Assembly (NCBI GenBank): GCA_041752395.1
Contig: JBGSWN010000121.1
Location: 912-64,911, forward strand
From: Saprospiraceae bacterium
Lineage (GTDB): Bacteria > Bacteroidota > Bacteroidia > Chitinophagales > Saprospiraceae
Length of the DNA: 64,000 nucleotides
Reading direction: 5' to 3'
Shown here piece after piece: positions 22,930 to 32,794 of the stretch. Within the stretch, counting starts at the first letter, position 1. Each line of letters begins with the position of its first letter. The notes under the pieces were generated by a model. The model was given only the letters and a program-made list of their open reading frames with translations, had not been told where the DNA came from and searched no databases. The translations under genes and the position numbers were made by a program.

Positions 22930-24303
22930 ATGGAAAACTTATTCGAATCTTTAAACCACCAAGACAGTGTTTTTTTCCTCCTATCCATGCTCGTCAGCTT
23001 CCTGATTGGCTTCATTGCTGCTTGGCTCATGTGGCGGGGAGCGGCCAAGCGCTACCAACGGGAAGCCGCCGATTGGAAGAAAAAATACGACGACCAAACC
23101 TTGGAATTGGCTTCCCTTCGGGAAAAACTGGACCTCAGCACCGCCGACCTTGCCAAGGCAAAACGAGAGGCCGAAACAGCTTTGGCCCAAGCCGTTGCCA
23201 CGCAAAATGAAAAAATAAAATGGCAGAAAGACCTCGACCAGTCTTTGGAAGAAACCGTGCGTTTGCATGCCTCCAGCCATGCCTACCAAGCCACCATCGA
23301 AGACCTCAACAACCAAATCATCGGCCTCAAAACCCGCAACGAACAAACAGCATTTGCTGCTTCGGATGGAAGTAGCTCAAATGAGCAATTGATTGCACTG
23401 CAAACTTCCTACGAGGCTTCGCAACAGCGCCTCGGCTCGCTCGAAGCCAAAGCCGCAGTGCTAGCAGCGGAGAACGAAGCGCTAAAAACAGGCATCAAAA
23501 AAGAAGACGAGAACCTGTTAGACCTTCTGAAATCATACAATGATTCAACTAACCGCCTAGGTAGTTTGGAGGAAAAACTGGGCATTCTCATGGTTGAAAA
23601 CGAACGGTTGCGGGCCAAATTGGAAGGCCAAGGCGAAACTCCTTCCGAAGAGAATTCCACCCGCCTTGCAGAACCCATCGTGGCTTCCATCAATCCCGCC
23701 GACAAGGAAGCCATCACAGGAGGGGCCATTACGCCTTCCGACGCCAAGAATGAAGTGTTGGCAGCCATCGGCAGCACTATCCCTTCTGCAACCGCCGATC
23801 AAAAAGACAACCTGACAGAAATAAAAGGCATCGGTTCTTTTTTGGAGAAAAAGCTGAACAGCCTCGGCATTTACAAATTTGAGCAAATCAGCAAATTGAC
23901 GCCAAATCTGATTGAAAAACTGACCACGGCCATCGAGTTCTTCCCCGGTCGCATTGAACAGGATGATTGGGTGGGGCAGGCAGCCCTTTTGGCGAAGTCG
24001 ACAAAAACAAAGGCAGCTCCAAAAAGCAAGGCAGCCAAGGCCGAAGACCTGAAAATCGTAGAGGGTATCGGGCCGAAAATTGAACTGCTGCTGCACAATG
24101 CTGGCATCCAAAACCTAAACGACCTCGCCAAAACCACCGTTGAGCAACTGAAAAAAGTATTGGTGGATGCCGGCGAGCGCTACCGCATTCATGACCCAAG
24201 CACTTGGCCCGAGCAGGCCCGACTTGCTGCCAGTGGCGAGTTAGACAGTTTAAAGGAATACCAAGATTTTCTTGCGGGAGGTAAAGAACCTGGGAAAGCG
24301 TAG
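22930..24303 (+). CDS. Membrane-anchored coiled-coil protein with two C-terminal helix-hairpin-helix-like motifs (hypothetical)
   Basis: N-terminal transmembrane segment VFFLLSMLVSFLIGFIAAWLMW, followed by long heptad-rich Q/E/L/K segments. The two motifs are LTEIKGIGSFLEKKLNSLGI and LKIVEGIGPKIELLLHNAGI. Confidence 0.65.
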   Translation: MENLFESLNHQDSVFFLLSMLVSFLIGFIAAWLMWRGAAKRYQREAADWKKKYDDQTLELASLREKLDLSTADLAKAKREAETALAQAVATQNEKIKWQKDLDQSLEETVRLHASSHAYQATIEDLNNQIIGLKTRNEQTAFAASDGSSSNEQLIALQTSYEASQQRLGSLEAKAAVLAAENEALKTGIKKEDENLLDLLKSYNDSTNRLGSLEEKLGILMVENERLRAKLEGQGETPSEENSTRLAEPIVASINPADKEAITGGAITPSDAKNEVLAAIGSTIPSATADQKDNLTEIKGIGSFLEKKLNSLGIYKFEQISKLTPNLIEKLTTAIEFFPGRIEQDDWVGQAALLAKSTKTKAAPKSKAAKAEDLKIVEGIGPKIELLLHNAGIQNLNDLAKTTVEQLKKVLVDAGERYRIHDPSTWPEQARLAASGELDSLKEYQDFLAGGKEPGKA

Positions 24304-24369
24304 CTATATGTTTGATTTTTATCGAGATGGCCACAGCCTTCGTACAACCCAATATTCAAATATACTTTT

Positions 24370-25194
24370 TTGAAAAACATTGCCCGCAAATTATTCTACG
24401 CCATGCCACCAGCTTGGCGTTTTGCTGCCCGCCGGATTTATTTCCTCCCGCTGGATACTTGGGAGGCTGTGACTGGCCAGCGTGACAGACTCACGCCCCC
24501 CCGTGGCATGGTTTACACAGGCAGCGGCGATTTTCGGCGGTCGGGTGAGCAGACGGTAGCCAACTTCCAAGCTATTTGCGGCTTGCAGCCCAACCACCGT
24601 GTGCTTGACATTGGCAGCGGCATCGGGCGGATAGCCTTACCACTAACCAGGTTTTTGGGCAAAAATGGCCGTTATGAAGGCTTTGACGTGGTAAAAAAAG
24701 GCGTGGACTGGTGCCAGCAGCACATTACCGCTAGTTTCCCAAACTTTCGTTTCCAGTACATTTCCCTCGAAAACGACCTCTATCGTTCCGATGGCGGCAG
24801 TGCCAGCAGCTTTCGTTTCCCTTACGAGGATGGCAGCTTTGACTTCGCCATCGCCAATTCCGTCTTCACGCACATGCTCCCCGACGAGGTGGAGAACTAC
24901 CTCGTCGAACTCCGGCGGGTGCTGCGCCCTGGCGGCGTCTGTTACCTTACTTTTTTTCTTTTTGATGAAAAAACGCTTTGGCCGACTGGCTTTGGTTTCC
25001 CGCACGACTATGTTCACTATCGCCTGATGGACGATGTGGTTCAGCGCGCCAATGTTAGTTTTGAAGAAAAATACTTGCGCAATAGGGTGGACAGGCTTGA
25101 CCTTCGTGTCCGACAAATTCACTACGGCTATTGGCGGGGGCTGCCAAAGTCCGACTGCAAGGATTTTCAGGACATCGTTGTGTTGGAAAAATGA
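24370..25194 (+). CDS. Class I SAM-dependent methyltransferase
   Basis: Motif I HRVLDIGSGIGRIALPL. The start is uncertain (TTG at 24370 or ATG at 24403). Confidence 0.8.
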   Translation: MKNIARKLFYAMPPAWRFAARRIYFLPLDTWEAVTGQRDRLTPPRGMVYTGSGDFRRSGEQTVANFQAICGLQPNHRVLDIGSGIGRIALPLTRFLGKNGRYEGFDVVKKGVDWCQQHITASFPNFRFQYISLENDLYRSDGGSASSFRFPYEDGSFDFAIANSVFTHMLPDEVENYLVELRRVLRPGGVCYLTFFLFDEKTLWPTGFGFPHDYVHYRLMDDVVQRANVSFEEKYLRNRVDRLDLRVRQIHYGYWRGLPKSDCKDFQDIVVLEK

Positions 25195-25226
25195 ACATGT
25201 AATAGTTGCCAAGGGCAAAAAAAGGA

Positions 25227-25249
25227 AGGTCAAGGCACAGCCTTGACCT
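25227..25249 (+). terminator. Terminator-like hairpin after the methyltransferase gene
   Basis: AGGTCAAGGC-aca-GCCTTGACCT is a perfect 10-bp stem, with no clear U-tract. Confidence 0.55.
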
Positions 25250-25668
25250 CCTGAATAAACACCTAAAACCCTATTAAATTTGGGGTTTCATGGGGAGTGC
25301 TTGCCTGGGAAGCAATAACCTGAACAAAATGTGCAACAATGTTAGATTGTTCACGGTAAATGAGAAAAAAATCAAATCCACAGAAAAATTAACATTAACT
25401 CCCTGTAAATAAAGGGTTTTTCATGGCCTATCTTTTTTGTTAATCCGAAAAACATTAAATTGCCCGATATTTGCGTTTTCACATGTGTTTTGGGGTGAGT
25501 TTTCAGTTTTTTATTCCTCCCCGTTGGTATTCAGCAAGTTATGATGGCGGCTAAATAAAATCGGTGCAGGGCAGTTTTTTGCCCTGCCCAACAACAAAAT
25601 GCTACTTCTGTAGCGTTTTGTCGTCAAATAGGCCGAATCACTTTACGCAAATACCAAAGTAAATTCAC

Positions 25669-27513
25669 ATGAAGTTTCAAATCCGTGTTTTTTCTTTCGC
25701 AATCCTCGTCCTCATGGCCACCTTGGCCGTTGCACAGGAGGGAGTTCCAGATTATACTGTTCAAGTAGGCAGCTACGCCAATCCAAAACCCGGCGACTTT
25801 GCCAACCTGCAAGGGCATGGCTTCTTGTACGCCATCAAGCGTCCGGCCCACACCGATGTGTTCGCAGGAGGCTATGAATCCGAGGCTGAAGCCAATAAAT
25901 TGTTGGCTACCCTTCAACTTTTCGGCTACGACAATGCCGCAGTCACCAAACTGAATACCGAAGGTGGCCAGTCAGTCACCATCATCCAATTGGCAACAAA
26001 ACGGGTGGGCGACAAAGTAAACTGGGAGGATTACCTGCCAGCCGGAAAGCTTTACGTCCTGCTCAGCGGCAACCAGTTCAAAATCCTTGCTGGTACTTTT
26101 CCAGATGTGGCTTCCGCAAAAGCACAACTTGCCAAACTTCAAAAAGTAGGCTTCAAAGATGCTTTCGTCAAAAACATGAACAACGTGCTGCTGCACGAAG
26201 TCAATGATTTTGAAATGGGCGGCGCTCCGAAAAGGCCGTTGATTCCACTTGTTTTCGAAGAAAAAAAGGCGGAAGAAAAAGCGCCTGAGCAGCCCAAGGC
26301 AGCAGAAGCAGAAATCAAAAAGCAAGACGTTCCGAAATCTTATGACGAAGTGGCAATTGTAGCGCCTGAAACAAAAGCAGCAACTACCCTGACGCCAAAA
26401 GGCACGGAAACGCCAGCCGAACCAAAAGCGGAACCTGTAAAAACAGCGCCAGCCAAGGCTGAACCCGTGAAGGCCGAACCTGCAAAAGCAGCCACACCAA
26501 CCCCCGTCAGCCTTGAAGCGAGCCTGCCGGATATTCGGCCAAACGTGAAGCGTACCTCCGCCTACGAACTGCAAAAAACCTTGAAAGCGGAAGGTTCCTA
26601 CAAAGGTTCGCTGGATGGTTTTTATGGCAAAGGCACCCGCACGGCCTATGACCAAGCGCTGGCCAACAACGCCCAATTAAAGAAGTACCGCATCCTTGCG
26701 AAGTACATGAATACGCCGACTGAGGACGCTGCCAAGGGGACAGTTCAGTTCTACATCAACCGCCTTTGGGACGACCCCAAAGCCTCGATGGACGGCCTTG
26801 CCGCTGCCAAAACGCCTATTGCGAAAGCATACCGTGCTTATTTTATGTATGCAAGTGACGGCCCCGGCAAGGACGTGAACTGGCTGATGAACGAAGCCAT
26901 CAAGGAGGCTTTTTCGGGTAAAAAATCGGCCTTCCCCAAATTCGACCCGACTGTGCGCTATGCATACGAAGACATTGACCAATTGCTGACCCACCTGCGG
27001 TACATCCACGAAGTTTCTGCGGATAGCCCGGCAGCACCTTGCTGGCTCTTCCGCAAGCACCCTGGCGCTGCGCTCCAAGCGTTTGGCCCGCAGGGCACCG
27101 AAAGCAACCTCAAGCTGCAAGCCTGCGGCGGTTTCTGGGAGTGGGAAGAAGTGAAAGTGCTGGATGCCATCACCAGAGACCTCTGCGGTTCCGCCCAGAT
27201 GAGCGAAGCCGCTTGCGCAAAAAGCCAGTCGCAATTGGCACAGCTCTACCTCACGCCAAAGGCAGTCTCTGAAGATGAACGCAAGGCACTGGAAGCTTGG
27301 AACGGCAAACTCTGGCAGGGAATTGATGGTTGGTCCAGCCGTGACCCAATGTTGGGCGAAATCGCTACTGCCCTGAAAATCAGCTATTTGCAGACCGAAG
27401 TCCTGTTCGAGGATTTTTTTATGGACGAAGGTTTCAATGAAAAAGAAGCCAAGGCACTGGGGCTACAAGCCATGAAAGTGCTGGTAGCGCACCACTTGGA
27501 GCGGTTTATTTAA
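25669..27513 (+). CDS. Secreted protein with SPOR-like repeats, a Pro/Ala/Lys/Glu linker and a peptidoglycan-binding domain (hypothetical)
   Basis: Signal peptide MKFQIRVFSFAILVLMATLAVAQ. YTVQVGSYANPKPGDF and KILAGTFPDVASAKAQLAKLQKVGFKDAFV are SPOR-like. The linker reads KAEPVKTAPAKAEPVKAEPAKA. YELQKTLKAEGSYKGSLDGFYGKGTRTAYDQAL is PG_binding_1-like. Confidence 0.65.
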   Translation: MKFQIRVFSFAILVLMATLAVAQEGVPDYTVQVGSYANPKPGDFANLQGHGFLYAIKRPAHTDVFAGGYESEAEANKLLATLQLFGYDNAAVTKLNTEGGQSVTIIQLATKRVGDKVNWEDYLPAGKLYVLLSGNQFKILAGTFPDVASAKAQLAKLQKVGFKDAFVKNMNNVLLHEVNDFEMGGAPKRPLIPLVFEEKKAEEKAPEQPKAAEAEIKKQDVPKSYDEVAIVAPETKAATTLTPKGTETPAEPKAEPVKTAPAKAEPVKAEPAKAATPTPVSLEASLPDIRPNVKRTSAYELQKTLKAEGSYKGSLDGFYGKGTRTAYDQALANNAQLKKYRILAKYMNTPTEDAAKGTVQFYINRLWDDPKASMDGLAAAKTPIAKAYRAYFMYASDGPGKDVNWLMNEAIKEAFSGKKSAFPKFDPTVRYAYEDIDQLLTHLRYIHEVSADSPAAPCWLFRKHPGAALQAFGPQGTESNLKLQACGGFWEWEEVKVLDAITRDLCGSAQMSEAACAKSQSQLAQLYLTPKAVSEDERKALEAWNGKLWQGIDGWSSRDPMLGEIATALKISYLQTEVLFEDFFMDEGFNEKEAKALGLQAMKVLVAHHLERFI

Positions 27514-27559
27514 ATTACTTGTTACAGGTTTTTCAGAAAAATTGCTTCAAAATAAATTC

Positions 27560-27600
27560 AAAAGCGGCCATCGGCAATTTCGTTCGATGGCCGCTTTTTT
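27560..27600 (+). terminator. Rho-independent terminator
   Basis: AAAAGCGGCCATCG-gcaatttcgtt-CGATGGCCGCTTTTTT. Confidence 0.85.
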
Positions 27601-27737
27601 CGTTTCGTCACCTAGCTTATATTTTGGTAAAAATTCTGTTCGTCTAGGCTTTTTGCCCTAACTTTGCGCAGCAAAAAAACAGCCTCATAACCTTTCCACC
27701 CGATTCAAATTATTGCCTAACCAAACCTTCAAATTCT

Positions 27738-28925
27738 ATGTTTTTTGAACTAACAGAAGAACAACAAGCCGTACAGCAGGCCGCTCGTGATTTTGCCCAA
27801 AACATCCTCAAGCCCGGCGTCATCGAACGGGACCGGGACATGAAGTTCCCAAAGGACGAGATTCGCCAGATGGGCGAATTGGGCTTTATGGGAATGATGG
27901 TGGACCCCGAATACGGCGGCGGCGGCATGGACACCATGAGCTATGTGCTGGCCATGGAGGAAATTTCCAAAGTGGATGCCTCCTGCTCCGTCATTATGTC
28001 CGTCAACAACTCGCTGGTATGCTGGGGCATCCAGTATTTTGGCAACGAAGAACAGAAAGCGAAGTACCTCCCCAAACTCGCCACTGGCGAATGGATTGGC
28101 TCCTTCTGCCTCTCCGAACCGGAAGCGGGCAGCGACGCCACCAGCCAGCGCACCACGGCTGTGGATATGGGCGATTACTACCTCCTCAACGGCACGAAGA
28201 ACTGGATTACCAACGGCGGTTCGTCAAGAGTCCACCTCGTCATGGCGCAGACCCACCCAGAGAAGGCGCACAAAGGCATCAACTGCCTCATCGTGGAAAC
28301 GGATTGGGAAGGCGTGGTCATCGGCGCAAAGGAGGACAAGCTCGGCATCCGGGCTTCTGATACTCACACCATTATGTACAATGATGTGAAAGTGCCAAAG
28401 GCCAACCGCATTGGCGAAGATGGCTTCGGTTTTAAGTTTGCCATGAAAACACTGGAGGGTGGTCGCATTGGTATTGCTGCGCAAGCGCTTGGCATTGCTG
28501 GAGGCGCTTATGAACTTTCACTGGCCTACTCCAAGGAGCGGGCAGCCTTCGGTAAACCCATTTCGCAGCACCAAGCCATCGCTTTCAAATTGGCAGACAT
28601 GGCCACGGATATTGAGGCGGCCAAACTGCTCGTTTACCGGGCCGCTTGGCTCAAAGACCAGCACATGGACTTCGGTCCGGCCAGCGCCATGGCCAAGCTT
28701 TTTGCTTCGGAAACAGCCATGAAGCATACGGTGGAAGCCGTGCAAATTCACGGTGGCTACGGCTACGTGAAAGAATACCATGTGGAGCGGCTCATGCGGG
28801 ATGCGAAAATCACGCAGATTTACGAAGGCACCTCCGAGGTGCAGCGCATCGTGATTTCGAGGAATGTGCTCAATGGGCAGCTTTATATTCCAATCTGGGG
28901 AAACAAGGCGGAGATGGCCGTTTAA
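27738..28925 (+). CDS. Acyl-CoA dehydrogenase (short/medium-chain type)
   Basis: MFFELTEEQQAVQQAARDFAQNILKPGVIERDRDMKFPKDEIRQMGELGFMGMMVDPEYGGGGMD...LSEPEAGSDA...IYEGTSEVQRIVISR. Confidence 0.92.
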   Translation: MFFELTEEQQAVQQAARDFAQNILKPGVIERDRDMKFPKDEIRQMGELGFMGMMVDPEYGGGGMDTMSYVLAMEEISKVDASCSVIMSVNNSLVCWGIQYFGNEEQKAKYLPKLATGEWIGSFCLSEPEAGSDATSQRTTAVDMGDYYLLNGTKNWITNGGSSRVHLVMAQTHPEKAHKGINCLIVETDWEGVVIGAKEDKLGIRASDTHTIMYNDVKVPKANRIGEDGFGFKFAMKTLEGGRIGIAAQALGIAGGAYELSLAYSKERAAFGKPISQHQAIAFKLADMATDIEAAKLLVYRAAWLKDQHMDFGPASAMAKLFASETAMKHTVEAVQIHGGYGYVKEYHVERLMRDAKITQIYEGTSEVQRIVISRNVLNGQLYIPIWGNKAEMAV

Positions 28926-28976
28926 GCAGGATTGGAAATACTTAATTGAACAAAAATTTATAGCACAAATAGTTTG

Positions 28977-29006
28977 GGCGGGAGCTTTAGAGCTGCCGCC
29001 TTTTTT
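28977..29006 (+). terminator. Rho-independent terminator after the acyl-CoA dehydrogenase gene
   Basis: GGCGGGAGCT-ttag-AGCTGCCGCC (one internal mismatch) followed by TTTTTT. Confidence 0.7.
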
Positions 29007-29032
29007 GTGCCTGGCACTTTCGTAAAATGAAA

Positions 29033-29064
29033 AATTGCCTGCCACCCCAAGGCAACAGGCAATT
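29033..29064 (-). terminator. Terminator-like hairpin 3' of the molybdoenzyme large-subunit gene
   Basis: AATTGCCTG (29033-29041) pairs with CAGGCAATT (29056-29064). The adjacent tandem repeat CAATTTCCT CAATTTCCT AATTTCT spans 29060-29084. Confidence 0.55.
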
Positions 29065-29090
29065 TCCTCAATTTCCTAATTTCTGTTAAA

Positions 29091-31343
29091 TCACCCCGGC
29101 ACCGCCTTGCCCATCAAATACGGTTGGTCGTACACCCGATTGCCGGTCGCCTTGTAAAGTGCATTGGCCAGCGCACCGATAATGGGCGGGTTGAGTGGCT
29201 CGCCAAGGCCAGTGGGATCCACCTCGCTTTTTACGAAGTGAACATCAATGGCCTTCGGTGCTTCGGAGTGGCGAATAAGGCGGTATTTATCGAAATTGGC
29301 CTGCTCCGGTGTGCCGTCTTTGAAGGTCATGGCGCTGTACAGGGCATGGCCGATGCCGTCCACCATTCCGCCCTCGCAGAGGTTGGTGGCGGCGAGCGGA
29401 TTCACAAGGATGCCACAGTCAACAGCGGCATGAATTTTCTGGATGATAGGCTTTCCGTCTTCCACCACCAAGTCCACCACCTGTGCCACATAGCTGTTGT
29501 GACAGAAATAGGCGGAAACGCCCCGGTGAACACCCGCAGGCGGATTTGCCCAATTTGATTTTTCCTTTACTTCCTTCAAAACGCCAGCGTAGCGGTCTGC
29601 GTCGTAGTCATTTTCCTTGCCGACGGGCGCTTTTTTGGCCTTCTCCAACAGCGCCAACCGGAACTCGATGGGGTCTTTCCCAACGGCCTCGGCCACTTCG
29701 TCGAGGAAAGACTGCTCGGCCCCGGCGATGAAATTCGACCCTGGTGCCCGCCATGCCCCGGTGCTGATATTGGTGTCCAAGGACCAATCTTCAGCGAGGT
29801 AGTTGTCCACGGTCCCGGCGGGGAAACGGTTGGGATGCACAGGACTATCGGAAGTGCCGCCGCCCCGGATATGGAAGCCGATAAGGTTCTTGTCCGCATC
29901 CAACGCAGCCCGGTAGGTGACGTGGTAGGCAGGGCGATAGACGCCCGCTGTCATATCGTCCTCACGGGTGTAGATAAGTTTAATCGGTGCATTCATTTGC
30001 TTTGAAATGACGGCTGCCTCCACCAAGAAGTGTCCGTAAAGCCTGCGGCCAAAGCCCCCGCCCATACGGGTCATTTGTATGTCAATCTTTTCGAGCGGCA
30101 GGCCGAACCGTGCAGCGATGGTTTTCTCCATGAACTCCGGCGTCTGTATCGGCCCGACAAGTTCTGCTTTGTCGGCGGTCACATGGGCGAAGAAGTTCAT
30201 CGGCTCCATCGTGTTGTGGGCAAGAAAGGGAGCGGTGTAAGTGTGCTCGATGACTTGCGCCGCATTTTTGAAAGCAGCATCCGGGTCGCCGTCTTTGCGC
30301 AGCAACTTGGCAGGCTTGGCGGTGAGGGCCACCATCTTTGCCTTGTGGTCATTGGTATTCTCCAGACCGCCCGGAACGGTTATTTTTTGCGGGCCACCCC
30401 AGCCCTGCACGTTCTCGGAATAAGACGGGAAAGCTTCCCATTCTAGTTTCAGCGCTTTTTTGGCCTGCATCACTTCCCAAGTCGTGTTGCCCACCACGAC
30501 GACCTTTTCGTTGAAAGCCTCTGTGTCGCACCACTGCTTTTCGTAGCCATCTTCGTAAACCTTCATGGTGAAAACATCTTTGATGCCGGGCATTGACTTG
30601 GCCGCCGAGCTGTCCACCGATTTCAGCTTCATGCCAAAGCTGGGCGGGTGGGCTAGCATGGCGATGAGCATCCCTTCCCGCTTGTAGTCGAGGCCGTAGA
30701 GCGGCTGACCAGTCACTATTTTTTGGCCATCCACATTTTTCCTGGGTGTTCCAATGATTTTGAAGTCCTTCACGTCTTTTAGTTTCACTTCCTTCGGGAC
30801 TGTGACTTTGGCAGCAGCCGAGGCCATTTCGCCATAGCCCGCTGACTTTCCGTTTTTATGCTTCAAAACGCCAGCCTCGGTGGTAATTTCATCTGCTGGT
30901 ACCTGCCAAGCTTGCGCCGCCGCTTCCTTGAGCATCTGCCGGGCTGAGGCACCCGCCATCCGCAACGCCTTCCATGATTCCTTAATGGACTCGCTGCCCC
31001 CCGCTATCTGACGGGTGAAGATGGCGGTATTGAGTGGTGCCTGTTCCACGATGACGTTTTTCCAGTCGCAGTCGAGTTCTTCCGCCACAATCATGGGCAT
31101 GGAGGTCTTCACGTTCTGCCCAATTTCGGGGTTCGGCGACATGATGGTAACGACGCCGTTCTCCCCAATTTTGAGAAAACCGGTCAGGTCAAACCATTCC
31201 TTGGGCATGGCGAGTACTTCCGCTTCTGATGTACCGGATTTGCAGGCCGCCAGCCAACTGATGCCGAGCATGAATCCGCCCCCAGCGAGGGCAGAAGTTT
31301 TGAGGAAGGAGCGCCTTCCGTATGTTGTTTTGATGATGGTCAT
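29091..31343 (-). CDS. Xanthine dehydrogenase/aldehyde oxidase-family molybdopterin-binding subunit (IorB-like), Tat-exported
   Basis: Twin-arginine signal YGRRSFLKTSALAGGGFMLGISWLAA. 750 aa, paired with the upstream 2Fe-2S small subunit. Confidence 0.88.
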   Translation of the reverse strand: MTIIKTTYGRRSFLKTSALAGGGFMLGISWLAACKSGTSEAEVLAMPKEWFDLTGFLKIGENGVVTIMSPNPEIGQNVKTSMPMIVAEELDCDWKNVIVEQAPLNTAIFTRQIAGGSESIKESWKALRMAGASARQMLKEAAAQAWQVPADEITTEAGVLKHKNGKSAGYGEMASAAAKVTVPKEVKLKDVKDFKIIGTPRKNVDGQKIVTGQPLYGLDYKREGMLIAMLAHPPSFGMKLKSVDSSAAKSMPGIKDVFTMKVYEDGYEKQWCDTEAFNEKVVVVGNTTWEVMQAKKALKLEWEAFPSYSENVQGWGGPQKITVPGGLENTNDHKAKMVALTAKPAKLLRKDGDPDAAFKNAAQVIEHTYTAPFLAHNTMEPMNFFAHVTADKAELVGPIQTPEFMEKTIAARFGLPLEKIDIQMTRMGGGFGRRLYGHFLVEAAVISKQMNAPIKLIYTREDDMTAGVYRPAYHVTYRAALDADKNLIGFHIRGGGTSDSPVHPNRFPAGTVDNYLAEDWSLDTNISTGAWRAPGSNFIAGAEQSFLDEVAEAVGKDPIEFRLALLEKAKKAPVGKENDYDADRYAGVLKEVKEKSNWANPPAGVHRGVSAYFCHNSYVAQVVDLVVEDGKPIIQKIHAAVDCGILVNPLAATNLCEGGMVDGIGHALYSAMTFKDGTPEQANFDKYRLIRHSEAPKAIDVHFVKSEVDPTGLGEPLNPPIIGALANALYKATGNRVYDQPYLMGKAVPG

Positions 31344-31350
31344 TTAATTT

Positions 31351-31423
31351 GTCATTGGGGTCATTGGCGTCCTTGGTCATTGTGGACGGAGCACAATTAC
31401 CAATGACTCCAATGACGAATGAT
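31351..31423. repeat. Inverted GTCATTGG-type repeat arms forming an intercistronic hairpin between the two molybdoenzyme subunit genes
   Basis: 31351-31367 (GTCATTGGGGTCATTGG) pairs with 31400-31416 (CCAATGACTCCAATGAC) at 16 of 17 positions. The arms abut the downstream ATG (31343) and overlap the upstream stop (31423-31425). Confidence 0.85.
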
Positions 31424-31878
31424 TAAGAATTTGCTGCCGTTTTGATCGCCGCCTTGATGCGCACATAGGTTGCGCAGCGGCAAATATTGCCATTCATTGC
31501 GCCAGCGATATCCTCATCGCTGGGGTGGGGGTTTGCTTTGAGCAAGGCAGCGGCGTTCATGATTTGGCCAGCTTGGCAATAGCCGCACTGTGCCACGTCA
31601 TGTTCTAGCCATGCTTTTTGAACGGGGTGGTCACCGTTTTCGGAGAGGCCCTCGATGGTGGTGATCGGTTTGTCGCCGACTTGCGACACGGCCAGTTGAC
31701 AGGAGCGCATGGCCACCCCGTCGAGGTGGATGGTGCAGGCGCCGCACGAGCCGATACCACAGCCGTACTTGGTGCCGACGAGGTTGGCATGGTCACGCAG
31801 CACCCAAAGCATCGGTGTTGTCGGGTCTATGTCCACCTGCTGTTTTTTGCCATTGATGTTTAAGTTGAAAATTGCCAT
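31423..31878 (-). CDS. (2Fe-2S)-binding small subunit of the molybdoenzyme (IorA-like)
   Basis: KYGCGIGSCGACTIHLDGVAMRSCQ and QCGYCQAGQIM...NICRCATY are the two 2Fe-2S cluster motifs. Confidence 0.92.
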   Translation of the reverse strand: MAIFNLNINGKKQQVDIDPTTPMLWVLRDHANLVGTKYGCGIGSCGACTIHLDGVAMRSCQLAVSQVGDKPITTIEGLSENGDHPVQKAWLEHDVAQCGYCQAGQIMNAAALLKANPHPSDEDIAGAMNGNICRCATYVRIKAAIKTAANS

Positions 31879-32067
31879 AAAGCGGTAAGGTTGTGAGACA
31901 ATTGAGTGATTAAAGATTGAGGGCTAAAACTAAAAAAACGAAGGATAGTTTTTGGGAAAAATTATTAAATTCGAAATTTTACAGTGATTTTTCAAGAAAA
32001 ATTAACTTTCGTTGGATGGCCCATTCCTAGCCGAATGGTCTATTTCATGCCCATTTTACCAATAAAC

Positions 32068-32103
32068 AAAAGGGGACGACACCTAAGTGCCGCCCCCTTT
32101 TTT
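32068..32103 (-). terminator. Terminator 3' of hsp20 (imperfect GC hairpin with A/T flanks)
   Basis: AAAAGGGGACGACACctaaGTGCCGCCCCCTTTTTT, with two internal mismatches. Confidence 0.6.
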
Positions 32104-32128
32104 GGTTCAGTATTTTCTTGCTAAAATC

Positions 32129-32587
32129 TTAGCCAATTTCGATAACCCGTGCAGGTTGTGGCTTGGCTTCTGGCTTTTTCTCCAAGGTCACGTGCAGCAC
32201 ACCGTTCTCGTAGCTTGCCTTGATATTGGTCGTGTCCACGGTCTCAGGGAGGTGGAAGCTGCGGCTGAATTCGAAGAAGCTGAACTCCTTGCGGGTGTAT
32301 TTCTCGACGTTGTCTTCAGCCTTGGTCTCCGCTTTTTTGGCGGAGATGGTCAATTGGTCCTTGTCCACCTTCACTTCGAAATCTTCCTTGGCGAGGCCAG
32401 GGGCAGCCACTTCCAAGCGGTAGCCGTTGGGTGACTCGACAACGTTGACGGCTGGGCTTTTTTGCACAGCGCCATTGCGGAAGGAAACCGGGAAATCGTG
32501 GTTGAAGAATTCGTTGAACATGCTCTCAAAACCTGGAGCGATGGCAGCTTTCCTGCCGTTGGTTGGAACAAAACTGATAAGGTTCAT
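32129..32587 (-). CDS. Hsp20/alpha-crystallin family small heat-shock protein
   Basis: PAVNVVESPNGYRLEVAAPGLAKEDFEVKVDKDQLTISAKK...ASYENGVLHVTLEKK. Confidence 0.92.
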   Translation of the reverse strand: MNLISFVPTNGRKAAIAPGFESMFNEFFNHDFPVSFRNGAVQKSPAVNVVESPNGYRLEVAAPGLAKEDFEVKVDKDQLTISAKKAETKAEDNVEKYTRKEFSFFEFSRSFHLPETVDTTNIKASYENGVLHVTLEKKPEAKPQPARVIEIG

Positions 32588-32794
32588 AATCGTGGAATTT
32601 TAGTTTTTAAAAAATTTTGTCTTGGGGTTTTGAGAAAATGAAGGGAGGTTTTCAAATCCTCAAAATCCGTTGACAATTCCACGCTGGTCAAACTGTATTC
32701 CAGTTGGTTTTTCACGCCAAAACTGGCGCAAAATAATAAAAAATACCTGCCATATTGACAAAGTAATCAAATTTTATCTGCCTTTTTGTCAAAA

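Noticed and set aside
25250-25668. Long (~420 nt) non-coding gap that might hold an ncRNA
   Set aside because: Apart from one hairpin (GCAGGGCA-gtttttt-TGCCCTGC near 25566-25588) I saw no extended structure, known RNA motif or conserved box, so the evidence is too weak to call a feature.
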